NCBI GenBank assembly: GCA_963718005.1
Contig: CAVQXV010000008.1
Location: 82,557-146,556, forward strand
Reading direction: 5' to 3'
Length of the DNA: 64,000 bases
DNA from: an uncultured Gemmatimonadales bacterium
Lineage (GTDB): Bacteria; Gemmatimonadota; Gemmatimonadetes; Gemmatimonadales; JACORV01
Part shown: in pieces, positions 14,113 to 27,321 of the stretch
How the letters are laid out: each line of letters begins with the position of its first letter
Numbering within the stretch: position 1 is the stretch's first letter
Position numbers and translations under genes: made by a program
Notes under the pieces: model-generated
Seen by the model: the letters and a program-made list of their open reading frames with translations, nothing else
Told to the model about the DNA's origin: nothing
Database searches by the model: none

Positions 14113-15406
14113 CGGTCGATCTCCCCCATCACGATGTCGACGCTCGCGTTGATGGCGATCAGGTCGCGACAGCAGGTGGCCCTCGGCCATCTTGGGGAGC
14201 GCCGCGAGGTTGAGGAAGGACGGCGGCCGGATGCGCCACCGCACCGGCTTGGCCGATGCCGTCGGAGACGAGGTAGGTGCCCAGCTCGCCCTTGGGGTTC
14301 TCCACCGGCACGTAGACCTCGCCGACCGGCGGCCGCGGACGCCCTCCATCACCTGCTTGAAGTGATGGATCATGGACTCCATGTCGCTCATCGCCCGCTG
14401 CTTGGGCGGCAGGATCACGCGCGGGTCGTCGACGTTGATCGGGCCGTCCGGCAGGCGGTCCAGGGCCTGCAGCGAGGATGCGCACCGACTGCCGCATCTC
14501 CTCCATGCGCACCAGGTAGCGGTCGTACACGTCGCCGTGCTCGCCGACCGGCACCTCGAAATCGTACGTCTCGTAGCCGAGGTACGGGTGGTCCTTGCGC
14601 ACGTCGTACGCCACGCCGCTGGCGCGCAGCATGGGGCCGGAGAGCGAGTAGTTCGATCGCCTCCGCGGCGGTCATGACGCCCACGTCCTGGGTGCGGCCG
14701 AGCCAGATGCCGTTCCTGGGCAGCATCCGGTCGACCTCGTCGAGCGTCTTCGGGAACTTGCGCGCACCACTCGCGGAGCCGCCCGGTCCAGCCGTCGGGG
14801 ACGTCGGCCATCAGGCCGCCGACGCGGGTCAGCGTCGTCGTGAGGCGCGCCCCGGTCCACTCCTCGATGCAGGTTGTAGATGCGCTCGCGCTCCTGGAAC
14901 ATCCACAGGAACGGCGGTGAAGGCGCCGATGTCGATGGCAGGTCGTGCCCGAGCCCACACCAGGTGCGAGATGATGCGGCTCAGCTCGCACGCGATGACG
15001 CGCAGCACCGTGCAGCGCTCGCGTGATCTCGATGCCCATCAGCTGCTCGGCCGCGAGCGCGAAGGCCACGTTGTTCGCCGGGCGCCGAGAGGTAGTCGGT
15101 GCGGTCGGTGAGCGGGATGATCTGGTTGTAGTGGCGGTACTCGCCGAGCTTCTCGAAGCCGGAGTGCAGGTAGCCGATGTGCGGGATCACGCGCACCACC
15201 ATCTCGCCGTCCAGCTCGACCACCAGCCGCAGCACGCCGTGGGTGGCGGGATGCTGCGGGCCGATGTTGATCAGCATGTGGTCGGTCTTGAGGTCGGGCT
15301 CGCCGCCCGGCGTCGTCGGCCACCAGCGGGATGCGCGCGCGGATCGCCGGCCGCGTCCACGCCGGGCGTCGGCCAGCGCCAGCTCGAGCACCGTGCGCTC
15401 GGCCAT
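14109..15406 (-). CDS. nuoD: NADH-quinone oxidoreductase subunit D
   Basis: [44 protein letters not shown]. Confidence 0.95.
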
Positions 15407-16048
15407 CAGCGCTCCGCCTCGCCGCGCTCCGCACGCGAGCCGCTCCCGCACGTCGGCGGGCAGCGTCGTCGTAGGCGTCGGCGATGGACAGCTCTTCCAT
15501 CGAGTAGTGGGCCTCGGGCCCGGCGCCCAGGGCCTGCCGCACCTGCTCGGACGCGGCTGAACCGGCCCCGCAGCGGGAAGTCCTTCCGCAGCGGATAGCC
15601 CTCGGCGTAGGTCTCCCACATCAGGATGCGCCGGAGGTCCGGGTGGCCGCGGAAGCGGACGCCGAACATGTCGTAGCATCTCGCGCTCCAGCCAGTCGGC
15701 GCCGTGCCAGAGGTCCACGACCGAATCGCACTTCGAGCGGCGCCGCCCTTGGGCAGCAGGATCTTGACCCGGAGGATCGCGCTGCGCGCCGAGCGAGCGC
15801 AGCTGGTAGACCACCTCGAGCGGGCGCTCCCGGTCGCGGTACTCCACCGCGGTGACGTCCACCAGGTAGTCGTAGCGCTCGTCGGGCGCGTCGCGGAGCC
15901 AGGCGCAGGATCTCGTGAGCGCTGGTCCGACGGCCACGGTGCGACGATGGTCTCGCCGTTCACCACGGCGCCGCTGCGCCCGACGGCGCGCGCCGAAGCG
16001 TCGCCGCGCAGGCGTGGCGACCGAGGGGTTCGGGGCGGCGCCGCTCAC
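15406..16048 (-). CDS. nuoC: NADH-quinone oxidoreductase subunit C
   Basis: [44 protein letters not shown]. Confidence 0.92.
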
Positions 16049-16055
16049 GCCGGCG

Positions 16056-16694
16056 TCAGGCGGACCGCGTCTGGTGGACCGAGTTGCCGAACGGCTCGGA
16101 CAGCTCGTCGATCGCCGCCGGCGTCGAGATGCAGAGCCGCGCTGGTCGGCGAGCTGCTCGACCGCGGAGCGAGCGGATCGAACAGCGACTCGCTCCTTGA
16201 TCTTCTTCTGCAGCAGCATGATGCCGTAGAGCAGCCCTTCCGGGCGCGGCGGGCAGCCGGGCACGTAGACGTCCACCGGCACGATGGTGTCGATGCCCTG
16301 CACCATCGCGTAGTTGTCGAAGATGCCGCCGGTCGAGGCGCAGGCGCCCATCGAGATGCACCACTTGGGCTGGGGCATCTGGTCGCCAGACGCGGCGGAT
16401 CACCGGCGCCAGCTTGAAGGGGAGCCGGCCGGCGCAGATCAGCACGTCGGCCTGGCGCGGCGAGAAGGCCATCCGCTCCATCCCGAAGCGGGCGAGGTCG
16501 AAGCGGCTGGCCGCCGTGGCCATGAACTCGATCGCGCAGCAGGCCGTGCCGAACGGCCATCGGCCAGAGCGAATTGGCGCGCGCCCAGTTGACGAGGTCG
16601 TCGAGCCGCGTCGTCACCCAGTTCGGGGGAGACGAAGCCGCTCGCGCAGCGCCGGGTCCTGCCCGGCCGGGCCCACCGGCCCCGTCAGTCCCAC
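16056..16694 (-). CDS. nuoB: NADH-quinone oxidoreductase subunit B
   Basis: [36 protein letters not shown]. Confidence 0.95.
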
Positions 16695-17066
16695 TCCAGC
16701 GCTCCCCGCTTCCAGACGTAGACGTACCCCACGGCCAGGATCAGCGACGAACACCAGCCATCTCCACCAGGTCCCGCCGGCGATGCCCATCGCCGAACAG
16801 GTCCGAGCTGCCGGAAGGCCACCGCCCACGGCATCATGAAGACCATCTCGATGTCGAACACGATGAACAGCATGGCGACGAGGTAGAACTTGACGTAGAA
16901 GCGCTCGCGCGCGTCGCCCAGCGGCGGCATGCCGGACTCGTAGGGCAGCGACTTGATCGGCGGTGGGGCGGGACGACGAGAACAGATGCGAGAGCGCGAC
17001 CATCATCACCGCGTTGGCGGCGACGAACCCGAGCAGCAGCAGGAGCGGAATGTAGGGTTGCAGCAT
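16685..17066 (-). CDS. nuoA: NADH-quinone oxidoreductase subunit A
   Basis: [27 protein letters not shown]. Confidence 0.95.
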
Positions 17067-17190
17067 GCGCTCCGGCGATGCGTGAGAACGGTCGTCCCGG
17101 AACTCGCGGGCAGCGAAAGCTAGTGGCGCGCCGAAATCGGAATGTCAAGAAATCGGTCATATTGTCGCACCCCCTCCACCGCGGGAGCCC

Positions 17191-17747
17191 ATGACCATCA
17201 AGTCCGACCGCTGGATCCGCCGGATGGCGCGCGAGCACGGGATGATCGAGCCGTTCGCCGACGCGCAGGTCCGCGACGGCGTCATTTCCTACGGCGTCTC
17301 GAGCCTACGGCTACGACATGCGGGTGGCCCGGGAGTTCAAGATCTTCACCAACGCGCTGTCGGCCGATCGTGGACCCCAAGAACTTCGACCCCAAGTCGT
17401 TCGTGGAGTTCGAGGGGGACGTGTGCATCGTCCCGCCCAACTCGTTCGCCCTGGCCCGGTCGGTCGAGTACTTCCGGATCCCGCGCGACGTGCTCACGAT
17501 CTGCGTGGGCAAGTCCACCTACGCGCGCTGCGGCATCATCACCAACGTCACGCCCTTCGAGCCGGAGTGGGAGGGCTTCGTGACGCTGGAGATCTCCAAC
17601 ACCACGCCGCTGCCGGCGAAGATCTACGCCAACGAGGGCATCGCGCAGGTGCTGTTCTTCCAGGGCGACGAGCCGCCGGAGGTCTCGTACGCCGACAAGA
17701 AGGGGAAGTACCAGAAGCAGCAGGGGGTGACGTTGCCGAAGCTGTGA
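17191..17747 (+). CDS. dcd: dCTP deaminase
   Basis: [37 protein letters not shown]. Confidence 0.96.
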
Positions 17748-17751
17748 CGGC

Positions 17752-17893
17752 GTGAGGAGTGAGACGTGAGGGGTGAGAAGGATAGGTGAGAGGTGAGAGG
17801 TTGAAAGGCGTGAGAAGGCGGGCCGCGCCTTCTCACGCTTCGTACTTCTCACTTCTCACTTATCCTCCTCACCCCTCACGCCTCACCTCTCAC
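17752..17893. repeat. family A heptamer-built palindromic element, copy 1
   Basis: GTGAGNN array, core hairpin GCGTGAGAAGGCG-GGCCG-CGCCTTCTCACGC, mirrored NNCTCAC array; between convergent dcd and globin genes. Confidence 0.9.
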
Positions 17894-18354
17894 CTTTTCC
17901 TCACGATTTGCCCTCGAAAGCCGTTCAGCGCGTGCAGCAGCTCCCGCTCCTCGTTGGGGCCGACGCCCGCGTGATCCAGCGCCCCCGCCAGATCCTCGAT
18001 CAGCGCGTCGAAATCCGCGTCGCTGATCTGCATGTCGGCGTGCGCCTCGCGCATGCCCTTCCCGGTGTAGCGGCAGGGACCGCCGGTCGCCTCGCAGATC
18101 TGGTCGGTGAGCTTGGCCTTCAGGCTGTCGAGGTCCACGCCGCGGAAGAAGGCGTTGATGCGCGCGTCGGCGGCCACCCGGCCGAGGAAGTCGCCGACCA
18201 CCGCGCGGATGGCGGTCACTCCGCCCAAGCGGGTGTAGAGCGAGGGCCCGGTCGGAATCGCGGCGGGCGCGGCGGGCGCCGGCGCCGGCGGCGCGGCGTG
18301 CCGGCAGGCCGGGAGCAGCAGCGCCCCGACGAGCAGCGCCGCCGCCGGCCTCAC
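17890..18354 (-). CDS. group I truncated haemoglobin with lipoprotein signal peptide
   Basis: SLYTRLGG, INAFF, TGGPCRYTGKGMREAH (proximal His); N-terminal LLLPAC lipobox and Pro/Ala linker. Confidence 0.88.
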   Translation of the reverse strand: MRPAAALLVGALLLPACRHAAPPAPAPAAPAAIPTGPSLYTRLGGVTAIRAVVGDFLGRVAADARINAFFRGVDLDSLKAKLTDQICEATGGPCRYTGKGMREAHADMQISDADFDALIEDLAGALDHAGVGPNEERELLHALNGFRGQIVRKR

Positions 18355-18773
18355 AGATCGAGCTCCTTGAGAACGTCGTCCGCGTCGTCGGTCTTGGGGC
18401 GCACCAGCACCAGGATGGCGGCCTGGGGCACCACCAGGTACTTGGAGCCCTCGAACGTGATTTCGACCGCCGCCTTCCGGAAGAACAGGGCGTAGTCGCC
18501 CACCCGGGCCTGGATGGGCACGTATCGCCCGCCCTCGCGGGCGTGGATCTTCCACGGCTCGTCGTCCAGGCTCGCGGGCTCGGCCAGCGGCGTGCCCGGG
18601 CCGGTCGCGATGATCCGTCCCCCCTGCACCGCCAGGGCGTCGATCGCGGTCTGCGGGAGGTAGAGTCCCACCCGGGTGCGCTCCTCCCCTTCCTCCGGGG
18701 TGACGAGCACGCGGTCGCCCACCACGATCAGGCGCTTCGGGCCCTTGTCCATCGGCGCCTCCGCGTCAGGCAT
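18351..18773 (-). CDS. GroES/Cpn10-family paralogue
   Basis: VVGDRVLV, GLYLP, IIATGPG, VGDYALF, KYLVVPQAAIL; extra DDEPWK insertion; no groEL in window. Confidence 0.8.
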   Translation of the reverse strand: MPDAEAPMDKGPKRLIVVGDRVLVTPEEGEERTRVGLYLPQTAIDALAVQGGRIIATGPGTPLAEPASLDDEPWKIHAREGGRYVPIQARVGDYALFFRKAAVEITFEGSKYLVVPQAAILVLVRPKTDDADDVLKELDL

Positions 18774-19062
18774 AGTTGACGGCGAACATCTCGTGCAGGT
18801 CCACGGACAGGAGGCCCGCCCGCACCATGGGCTGGTTCTCCACCAGCTGCTCCGCTTCCTTCAGCGACTGGACGTCGTAGACCACCAGGCCGGCGGAGTG
18901 GTCGGCGAGCGGGCCGGAGAGGAAGATCTCCCCGCTGCGCTGCAGGCTCGCCAGGTACTCCTTCTCGCGCTGCATCAGCACGTCGTCGCAGCGCGACGTG
19001 AAGATCTCGGGGGCGACGCAGACCTTGACCCACCCCATGATCATCTTGCGCTCAGTGGACAT
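18766..19062 (-). CDS. YciI/muconolactone-isomerase-like small protein
   Basis: 98 aa; YLASLQRSGEIFLSGPLADHSAGLVVY..AEQLVENQPMVRAG resembles YciI. Confidence 0.65.
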   Translation of the reverse strand: MSTERKMIMGWVKVCVAPEIFTSRCDDVLMQREKEYLASLQRSGEIFLSGPLADHSAGLVVYDVQSLKEAEQLVENQPMVRAGLLSVDLHEMFAVNYA

Positions 19063-19174
19063 CTTGCGCCTAGCTTAGGGACCACCTTGCGTTGCGCGCA
19101 AGGCATCGGGGAATATTCAGGAGCCGCTGGAACGTCGTGAGACCCGCGCCACCCGAGGTCGCAATGGTGCCCGC

Positions 19175-19861
19175 ATGACCGCCACCACCGCCGCATCCCT
19201 CCCCCGCCTCAGACTCCCGTACGTTGCATCGACGATCGGCCGCAAGGTGGTGATGGCGGTCACCGGCCTGATCCTGTTCGGCTTCGTGCTCGGTCACTTC
19301 GTGGGCAACCTGACGCTGTACCTCGGCCCCGAGGCCATCAACCACTACAGCGAGTTCCTGCACGGCTTCCTGCACGGCGGCGGCCTGTGGGTCGCGCGCA
19401 GCGGCCTGCTCGTCTCGGCGGTCCTGCACGTGTGGAGCGCGACCAGCCTCACCCTGGAGTCCTGGGCGGCCCGGCCCGAAGGGCTACCGGCGCTGGACGG
19501 CGAAGGACTCCACCTACGCCTCCCGCACCATGCGCTGGGGCGGCGTGATCCTGCTCGCGTTCATCGTCTTCCACCTGATGAACCTCACCTTCGGCAACGC
19601 CCACCCCGACTACGTCCGCGGCGACGTCTACCACAACGTCGTCGCCGCCTTCCAGGTGTGGCCGGTGTCGGTGTTCTACATCGTGGCGATGGTGGCGCTG
19701 GGCCTGCACCTCGACCACGGCGTGTGGAGCATGTGCCAGACGCTCGGCCTGAGCCATCCGCGCTACAAGCGGTGGGCGCGGCGGGCGGCCCTGGGCTTCG
19801 CGCTGCTCATCGTGGTGGGCAACTGCTCCTTCCCGATCGCCGTCCTCGCCGGATGGGTCCG

Positions 19862-19865
<4 letters not shown>
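19175..19865 (+). CDS. sdhC: succinate dehydrogenase cytochrome b subunit
   Basis: STIGRKVVMAVTG, GHFVGNL, LHLDHGVWS; b558-type single anchor. Confidence 0.92.
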
Positions 19866-21787
<1,922 letters not shown>

Positions 21788-21788
<1 letters not shown>

Positions 21789-22573
21789 TGCGCCTGACGC
21801 TGCACGTGTGGCGGCAGCGGGCGCCCGGACGCCGCGGGCCGCTTCGTCACCTACCCGTCGACGGACGTCAGCCCCGACATGTCGTTCCTCGAGATGCTCG
21901 ACGTGGTCAACGAGGGGCTGATCGAGCGGGGCGAGGAGCCGATCGCGTTCGACCACGACTGCCGCGAGGGCATCTGCGGCACCTGCGGCATGGTGATCAA
22001 CGGCCGGCCCCACGGCCCGCGGGAGCGCGACCACCACCTGCCAGCTGCACATGCGCAGCTTCCGCGACGGCGACGAGCTCGTGGATCGAGCCGTGGCGGG
22101 CGCGGGCCTTCCCGGTGGTCAAGGACCTGGTCGTCGACCGCGAGCGCCTTCGACCGCATCATCGCGGCCGGCGGCTACGTCTCGGCGCCGACCGGCAGCG
22201 CGCCCGACGCCAACGCCATCCCGGTCGCCCAAGGAGAACGCCGACCTGGCGATGGACGCGGCCGCGTGCATCGGCTGCGGCGCCTGCGTGGCGGCCTGCC
22301 CGAACGCCTCGGCGATGCTCTTCACGGCCGCCAAGGTCTCCCACCTCGGGCTGCTGCCGCAGGGGCAGCCGGAGCGCGCCGAGCGGGCGCGGAGCATGGT
22401 GGCGCCGCATGGACGCGGAGGGCTTCGGCAGCTGCACCAACCACGGCGAGTGCGAGGCGGCCTGCCCGAAGGGGATCAGCGTCGCGTTCATCGCGCGGAT
22501 GAACGCCGACTTCCTGAGGGCCAGGCTGACCGAGGGACGCCGCGTCGCCAAGGTTGGAGAAGGCGGAGCGTAG
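21788..22573 (+). CDS. sdhB: succinate dehydrogenase iron-sulfur subunit
   Basis: [33 protein letters not shown]. Confidence 0.95.
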
Positions 22574-22730
22574 TTGCGAGGGCAGTTGCCAGACGCCAAG
22601 TTGCAGTGGTTACCAGATGGCGAGTGAAGAGGGGCCAGTCCAGTTGTCAGTACTGGCAACTGGTCTGGCCCCTCCGTCTCCCGACTGGTGACCACTCGCC
22701 ACTCGGCGTCTCGCAACTACCCTGCGATCT
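22571..22730. repeat. family B palindromic element (full two-armed copy)
   Basis: left arm GGGCAGTTGCCAGACGCCAAGTTGCAGTGGTTACCAG pairs with right arm CTGGTGACCACTCGCCACTCGGCGTCTCGCAACTACCC; inner stem GAGGGGCCAG..CAGTTGTCAG-TA-CTGGCAACTG..CTGGCCCCTC; between convergent sdhB and mdh. Confidence 0.85.
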
Positions 22731-22753
22731 GACTTCGGAGTTCGGATACCGGT

Positions 22754-23680
22754 TTAGAGCTTGACCATCGCGATGGACTCCCTGACCGACTCCGCCGACT
22801 TCCCGAGCGCCACCCGCTCCTTGGGCGTCAGCTCCACCTCGAGGACCTGCTCGAGCCCGCCGGCGCCGAGCTTGCAGGGCACGCCGAGGAAGATGCCGCG
22901 GTGCCCGTACTCGCCCTCCAGCCACGCGGCGCAGGGCAGGATCCGCTTCTTGTCCCGGGCGATCGCCTCCACCATCTGGGTGGCCGCCGCGGACGGCGCG
23001 TAGAACGCGGAGCCCGTCTTGAGGAACGAGACGATCTCGGCGCCGCCGTTCTTGGTGCGCTCGATCAGCTTCTCGATCACGTCGGGCCGGAGCAGCTGGC
23101 CGAGCGGGATGCCGGAAACGGTGGTGTAGCTCGCCAGCGGCACCATCGTGTCGCCGTGCCCGCCCAGGACCATGGCCTGGATGTCCTCGACGCTGACGTC
23201 GAGCGCCTCGGCGATGAACGACCGGTAGCGCGCGGTGTCCAGCACGCCCGCCATGCCGATCACCCGCTCGCGCGGCGCGCCGAGCGTCTCCTTCATCACG
23301 TAGCACATCGTGTCGAGCGGGTTGGAGACCACGATCACGATCGCGCGCGGCGCGTGCTTCTTGATCTCGAGCCCCACCGACTTCACGATGTCCACGTTGG
23401 TCCGCAGCAGGTCTTCCCGGCTCATGCCGGGCCGCCGCGCGATGCCGGCGGTGACCACGAACAGCTCGGAGCCCTCGGTGGCGCCGTAGTCGTTGGAGCC
23501 GATCACCCGCGTGTCGAAACGCTCGATCGGCGCCGATTCCCACTGGTCGAGGCCCTTGCCCTGCGGGGTGCCCTCGATGACGTCCACCATCACGATCTCG
23601 CGGGCCAGCTGCTTCTCGGCCAGCCGTTGCGCGGTGGTCGCCCCGACGTTCCCCGCCCCGACCACGGTAATCTTGTTCAC
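22754..23680 (-). CDS. mdh: malate dehydrogenase (LDH-like)
   Basis: [36 protein letters not shown]. Confidence 0.95.
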   Translation of the reverse strand: MNKITVVGAGNVGATTAQRLAEKQLAREIVMVDVIEGTPQGKGLDQWESAPIERFDTRVIGSNDYGATEGSELFVVTAGIARRPGMSREDLLRTNVDIVKSVGLEIKKHAPRAIVIVVSNPLDTMCYVMKETLGAPRERVIGMAGVLDTARYRSFIAEALDVSVEDIQAMVLGGHGDTMVPLASYTTVSGIPLGQLLRPDVIEKLIERTKNGGAEIVSFLKTGSAFYAPSAAATQMVEAIARDKKRILPCAAWLEGEYGHRGIFLGVPCKLGAGGLEQVLEVELTPKERVALGKSAESVRESIAMVKL

Positions 23681-24171
23681 CGCTCGACCCCCGCCCGCTC
23701 CCCGCGGCTTGGTGTGGTGGATGACGCCCGGTCCGCCTCCAGGCCCCGCAGCGCGTGGTACAGCGCGATCCCCGCCGCGGTCGCCAGGTTCAGGCTCCGG
23801 ACCGGCCCCGACATCGGTATCCGGAACACGCGCTCCGGGTGCTTCTCCCGGATCCGGAGCGGCAGCCCCGTGGATTCGTTGCCGAACACCAGGCACGAGC
23901 CGTCGGGGATCTCCGCCTCCCACAGCGACCGCTCGCCGTGGGCCGAAAAGTACCAGCACCGCTCGCGCGCGATGGCCTCGCGGAAGTGCCGCCACGTGGG
24001 ATGGATCCAGGTGTCCACGGCGTCCCAGTAATCCACGCCGGCCCGCCGCAGCTCGGCATCGTCGAGCGCGAATCCCAGGGGCTCGATCAGGTGCAGTGCG
24101 GTCTCGGTCGCCGCGCACAGGCGCGCGATGTTCCCCGTGTTCGGCGGGATCTGCGGCTCGATCAGCGCCAC
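23677..24171 (-). CDS. trmL: tRNA (cytidine(34)-2'-O)-methyltransferase
   Basis: [29 protein letters not shown]. Confidence 0.93.
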   Translation of the reverse strand: MALIEPQIPPNTGNIARLCAATETALHLIEPLGFALDDAELRRAGVDYWDAVDTWIHPTWRHFREAIARERCWYFSAHGERSLWEAEIPDGSCLVFGNESTGLPLRIREKHPERVFRIPMSGPVRSLNLATAAGIALYHALRGLEADRASSTTPSRGERAGVER

Positions 24172-24184
24172 GTTCAGCGCCCGG

Positions 24185-24619
24185 CTACCCTCCCCCCGTC
24201 TGCCCGTCCACCCAGCGTGACTCGCCCGAGACGAACCGCTCCTTCTTCCAGATCGGCGCGCGCCGCTTGGTCTCCTCGATCAGGAACCGCGAGGCCGCGT
24301 AGGCGTCCGCGCGGTGCGGCGCCGCCGTCACGATGGCCACGCTGGCCTCGCCGAGCGGCACCAGGCCGACGCGGTGCCGGAGGGCGATGCGGGCCAGCGG
24401 CCAGCGGGCCAGCGCCTCCGCGACGATGCGGTCGAACTCGGCCTCCGCCATGGCGTCGTACGCGGAGTACTCGATCGCCGTGATGTCGCCGTCCTCGGCG
24501 GAGCGCCGCACGGTCCCCAGGAAGGCGACCGTGCCGCCGCTGCCCGCGGACGCGACGGCGGCCAAGAGCTGGCCGACGTCGATCGGCCGGTCGGTCAGCC
24601 ACGGACTCATGGGCCACAT
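24185..24619 (-). CDS. moaE: molybdopterin synthase catalytic subunit
   Basis: FLGTVR, EYSAY, HRVG, APHR, APIWKKE. Confidence 0.93.
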   Translation of the reverse strand: MWPMSPWLTDRPIDVGQLLAAVASAGSGGTVAFLGTVRRSAEDGDITAIEYSAYDAMAEAEFDRIVAEALARWPLARIALRHRVGLVPLGEASVAIVTAAPHRADAYAASRFLIEETKRRAPIWKKERFVSGESRWVDGQTGGG

Positions 24620-24667
24620 AGTTATGCGGCGGCTCCGCCGCGGGCAAGCCTCGCGCGGGCGCCGCGC

Positions 24668-24940
24668 TCAGCCGCCGGCGACCGGCGGGATGATGGCCAC
24701 CTCGTCGCCGTCCTCGAGCGCGACGTCGCCGCCCGCGTAGCGCCGGTTGACGGCGACGGCCGGGCTCGGCGGGAGGCGGGCCGCCCACGGCCGCCTCCGG
24801 ACCTCGGCGAGCGCGTCGGCGGCCGTCGCGCCGCCGGCGAGCGAGAGGTCGAAGGACTCGAGCCCGGCGGCTTCCGCGTACGACGCGAACAGCCGGACCG
24901 TCACCTTGATCGCGCCGGAACCCGGCGCCGGCCCGCTCAC
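24668..24940 (-). CDS. moaD: molybdopterin synthase sulfur carrier
   Basis: VRLFASY..AVAVN..DGDEVAIIPPVAGG with C-terminal GG. Confidence 0.92.
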   Translation of the reverse strand: MSGPAPGSGAIKVTVRLFASYAEAAGLESFDLSLAGGATAADALAEVRRRPWAARLPPSPAVAVNRRYAGGDVALEDGDEVAIIPPVAGG

Positions 24941-26698
24941 GGCCGCGCTCCCGTGATCGCCTCGAAAATCGCCCGTGCCTCGGCCGTCGCCGCCGGATCG
25001 GGGCGCAGCGCGATGCTGCGGGCGACCCGCACGCGCACCGTGCCGGAGCGCGTCACCAGGCGCCCCTCGTGCCGCCAGGTCAGCGCGATGGGGCGGCCGT
25101 CCGCGTCCGCGTAGCGCGACTGGAACTGCAGGGGCCAACTCGGATCGCCGGTCGCGACCTCGCCGACCTTGAGCAGCACGTCGCCGGGGGCGAGGCCCAC
25201 CGCGTCGGCCAGCGATCCCGGCACCACCTCGCTCACCAGCGCGCCGCCCTGCTCCAGCTTCGCGGTGCCGACGCCGACCATCGGGATCCGCTGCTCGTGC
25301 CGCTCGACGGCGATGCCGCCCCCGGGCAGGATGCTGTCGTAGGGGAGCGGCTCGCGGCCACGGATGAAGCGCCGGTAGAAGTCGTCCACGCCGCCGAACC
25401 ACGGCCGGATGGCGTCCAGCAGGTCGGCGGTCGTGAAGCCGCGTCCCCGCCGCCAGTCGTTCTCCAGCAGCGCGCGCATGACGTCGTCGAGGGAATGGCG
25501 GTTGCCCGTGGACTCGCGGATCCGGATGTCGAGCATGAGGCCGAGGAGGGCGCCCTTGGGATAGTAATACTGGGCCTCGTCCACCCAGGTGGGGTGGATC
25601 CAGGTGTCCACGCTCGCGTCCTCGACCGAGACGATCTCCGCCGCGTCCTCGACCTGCTGGACGTCGGCGTTCATGCCGTCCACGAACTGCTGCGCGGTCC
25701 ACAGCCGGCTGCGCGCCAGGGCCACGTCGGCGTAGTAGTCGGTCACGCCCTCCGACCACCACAGCAGCGGCGTGACCTGCCGGCGGGAATAGTCGTACGG
25801 CCACATGGCGGCCGGCCGGATGCGCTTGACGTTCCACAGGTGGAAGAACTCGTGCGACAGGAGCGGCAGCGTGAAATCGCCGAGAATGCCGCGCCGCCGG
25901 TCGCTGGCGAAGAACCCCATGCTGATGATGTCGAGCTGCGAATTGTGGTGCTCGAGACCGCCGGCCCAGTCGAGGTCGGCCGCGGGCGCGTACACCAGCA
26001 CCGTGTAGCCCGAGTCCAGCTGGCCGCCCATGATCCGGTCCTCGGCGGCGGCGATGCGACGCAGCGCGTCGCCGACCGTGTCCCAGACGGCGGGCGTGAG
26101 GGCGGAATCGGGATAGATGGCGAGCCGGACCGGCCGCCCGTCCACCGCCACGCTGTCGAGCGCGAAGTGGCCCAGGAACGTGGGAGCGTCCACGAGATCG
26201 TGATAGCTGGCCGCCCGGTAGTGGCCGGTCCCGCCCGCGGGCGTGAGGCCGGTGGCGATCCGCCAGTCGGCCGGCACGTCCAGCACGAGGTCGCACGGGA
26301 AGTCGAAGCCGGCGCCGTCCGGATAGAGAAACAGGTTGGTGCCGTTGAACCAGGCGAAGCCGGGCTCGATGCGGCTCAGCTCGAGGGCCACGGAATCGGG
26401 GTCCGTCTCGAAGTCCACGCTCACGCGGCTCGCGCCGCCCGTGACGATCCGCCAGGTGTCCTTGTCCGCCTTGTTCCACGCGAGCGGCCGGCCGTCGGCG
26501 GCGGAGGCGGAGAACGTGTGCACGTAGCGGGCGTAGTCCATGATCTCGTACGACCCCGGCGACCAGGCGGGGAGCGAGACCAGCAGCGTGTCGCGACCGG
26601 CGGCGACCGGGAATTCCGCGTGCACGTGGAAGGTGCGGTCGCGCGTCCCCCACGCGGACGCGATACGAGATGCCCTGCGCCTGGAGGGCGCAGGGCAT
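24937..26698 (-). CDS. M61-family glycyl aminopeptidase with PDZ domain
   Basis: PAWSPGSY, GGLEH, HEFFHLWNVKR, WWSEGVTDYY, YYPKG, C-terminal PDZ (GLAPGDVL). Confidence 0.9.
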
Positions 26699-26727
26699 CA
26701 GGAAAGCGGCGACGAAGCCGATGCGAC

Positions 26728-27231
26728 CTAGAACAGCACGCCTCCGGTGAGCACGATGGCGCTGCCGGTCCTGAGCTCGAGGCGCAGCTCCGCGAACGGC
26801 GTGACCTTACCCAGCGGCTGGAAATTGGTGCCCGCGAGCAGGTTGAGCCCGACGTTGGTGGTGCTGGCGGAGCCGAAACCCGTGACGGTGACGCTGGTGT
26901 GGGCGACCACGAGGCCCGCGCCCACGTATGGGGCGATCGTCTTCAAGCCCTGGATGTCGAAGTGATACGTCCCGTTCGCGTTGACCTCGAAGTAGTTCAC
27001 GCCGCTGCCGGGGAAGAAGAAGTCGAACGACCCGGTCACGCCGAGACCCTTCACCGACGGAATGGCCTTCGCGAGGCTCATTTCGGCGCGGGCGCCGATG
27101 CCGATGCCGATGCTGTTGCTCGCCCAGTTCAACTGCGGGCCGAACTGCACCTGCGCCTGGGCCGGGCGCGTGGCCGCGAAGGCCAGACCGACGATGCCGA
27201 CCAGCGGGAGAATGCGCATGCGGGTACTCAC
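26728..27231 (-). CDS. small outer-membrane beta-barrel protein
   Basis: signal peptide (..PAQA), alternating beta strands, PYVGAG, C-terminal Phe. Confidence 0.8.
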   Translation of the reverse strand: MSTRMRILPLVGIVGLAFAATRPAQAQVQFGPQLNWASNSIGIGIGARAEMSLAKAIPSVKGLGVTGSFDFFFPGSGVNYFEVNANGTYHFDIQGLKTIAPYVGAGLVVAHTSVTVTGFGSASTTNVGLNLLAGTNFQPLGKVTPFAELRLELRTGSAIVLTGGVLF

Positions 27232-27321
27232 GAGCCCCCCTAGGAGTTGTGAAGTGGAACGGGATCTCTATTCGCCAAGGTCCGGCCAATATAACTTCGC
27301 GTCGCCGCGAAAGGAGTAGCG

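Noticed and set aside
17752-17893. Family A and B repeats as CRISPR arrays
   Set aside because: No constant 23-47 bp repeats with unique spacers, and no cas genes; these are inverted arrays of short units.
25069-27243. Long antisense ORFs (e.g. 724 aa here, 666 aa at 36593-38593)
   Set aside because: Shadow ORFs typical of high-GC DNA opposite well-supported genes; no recognisable motifs.
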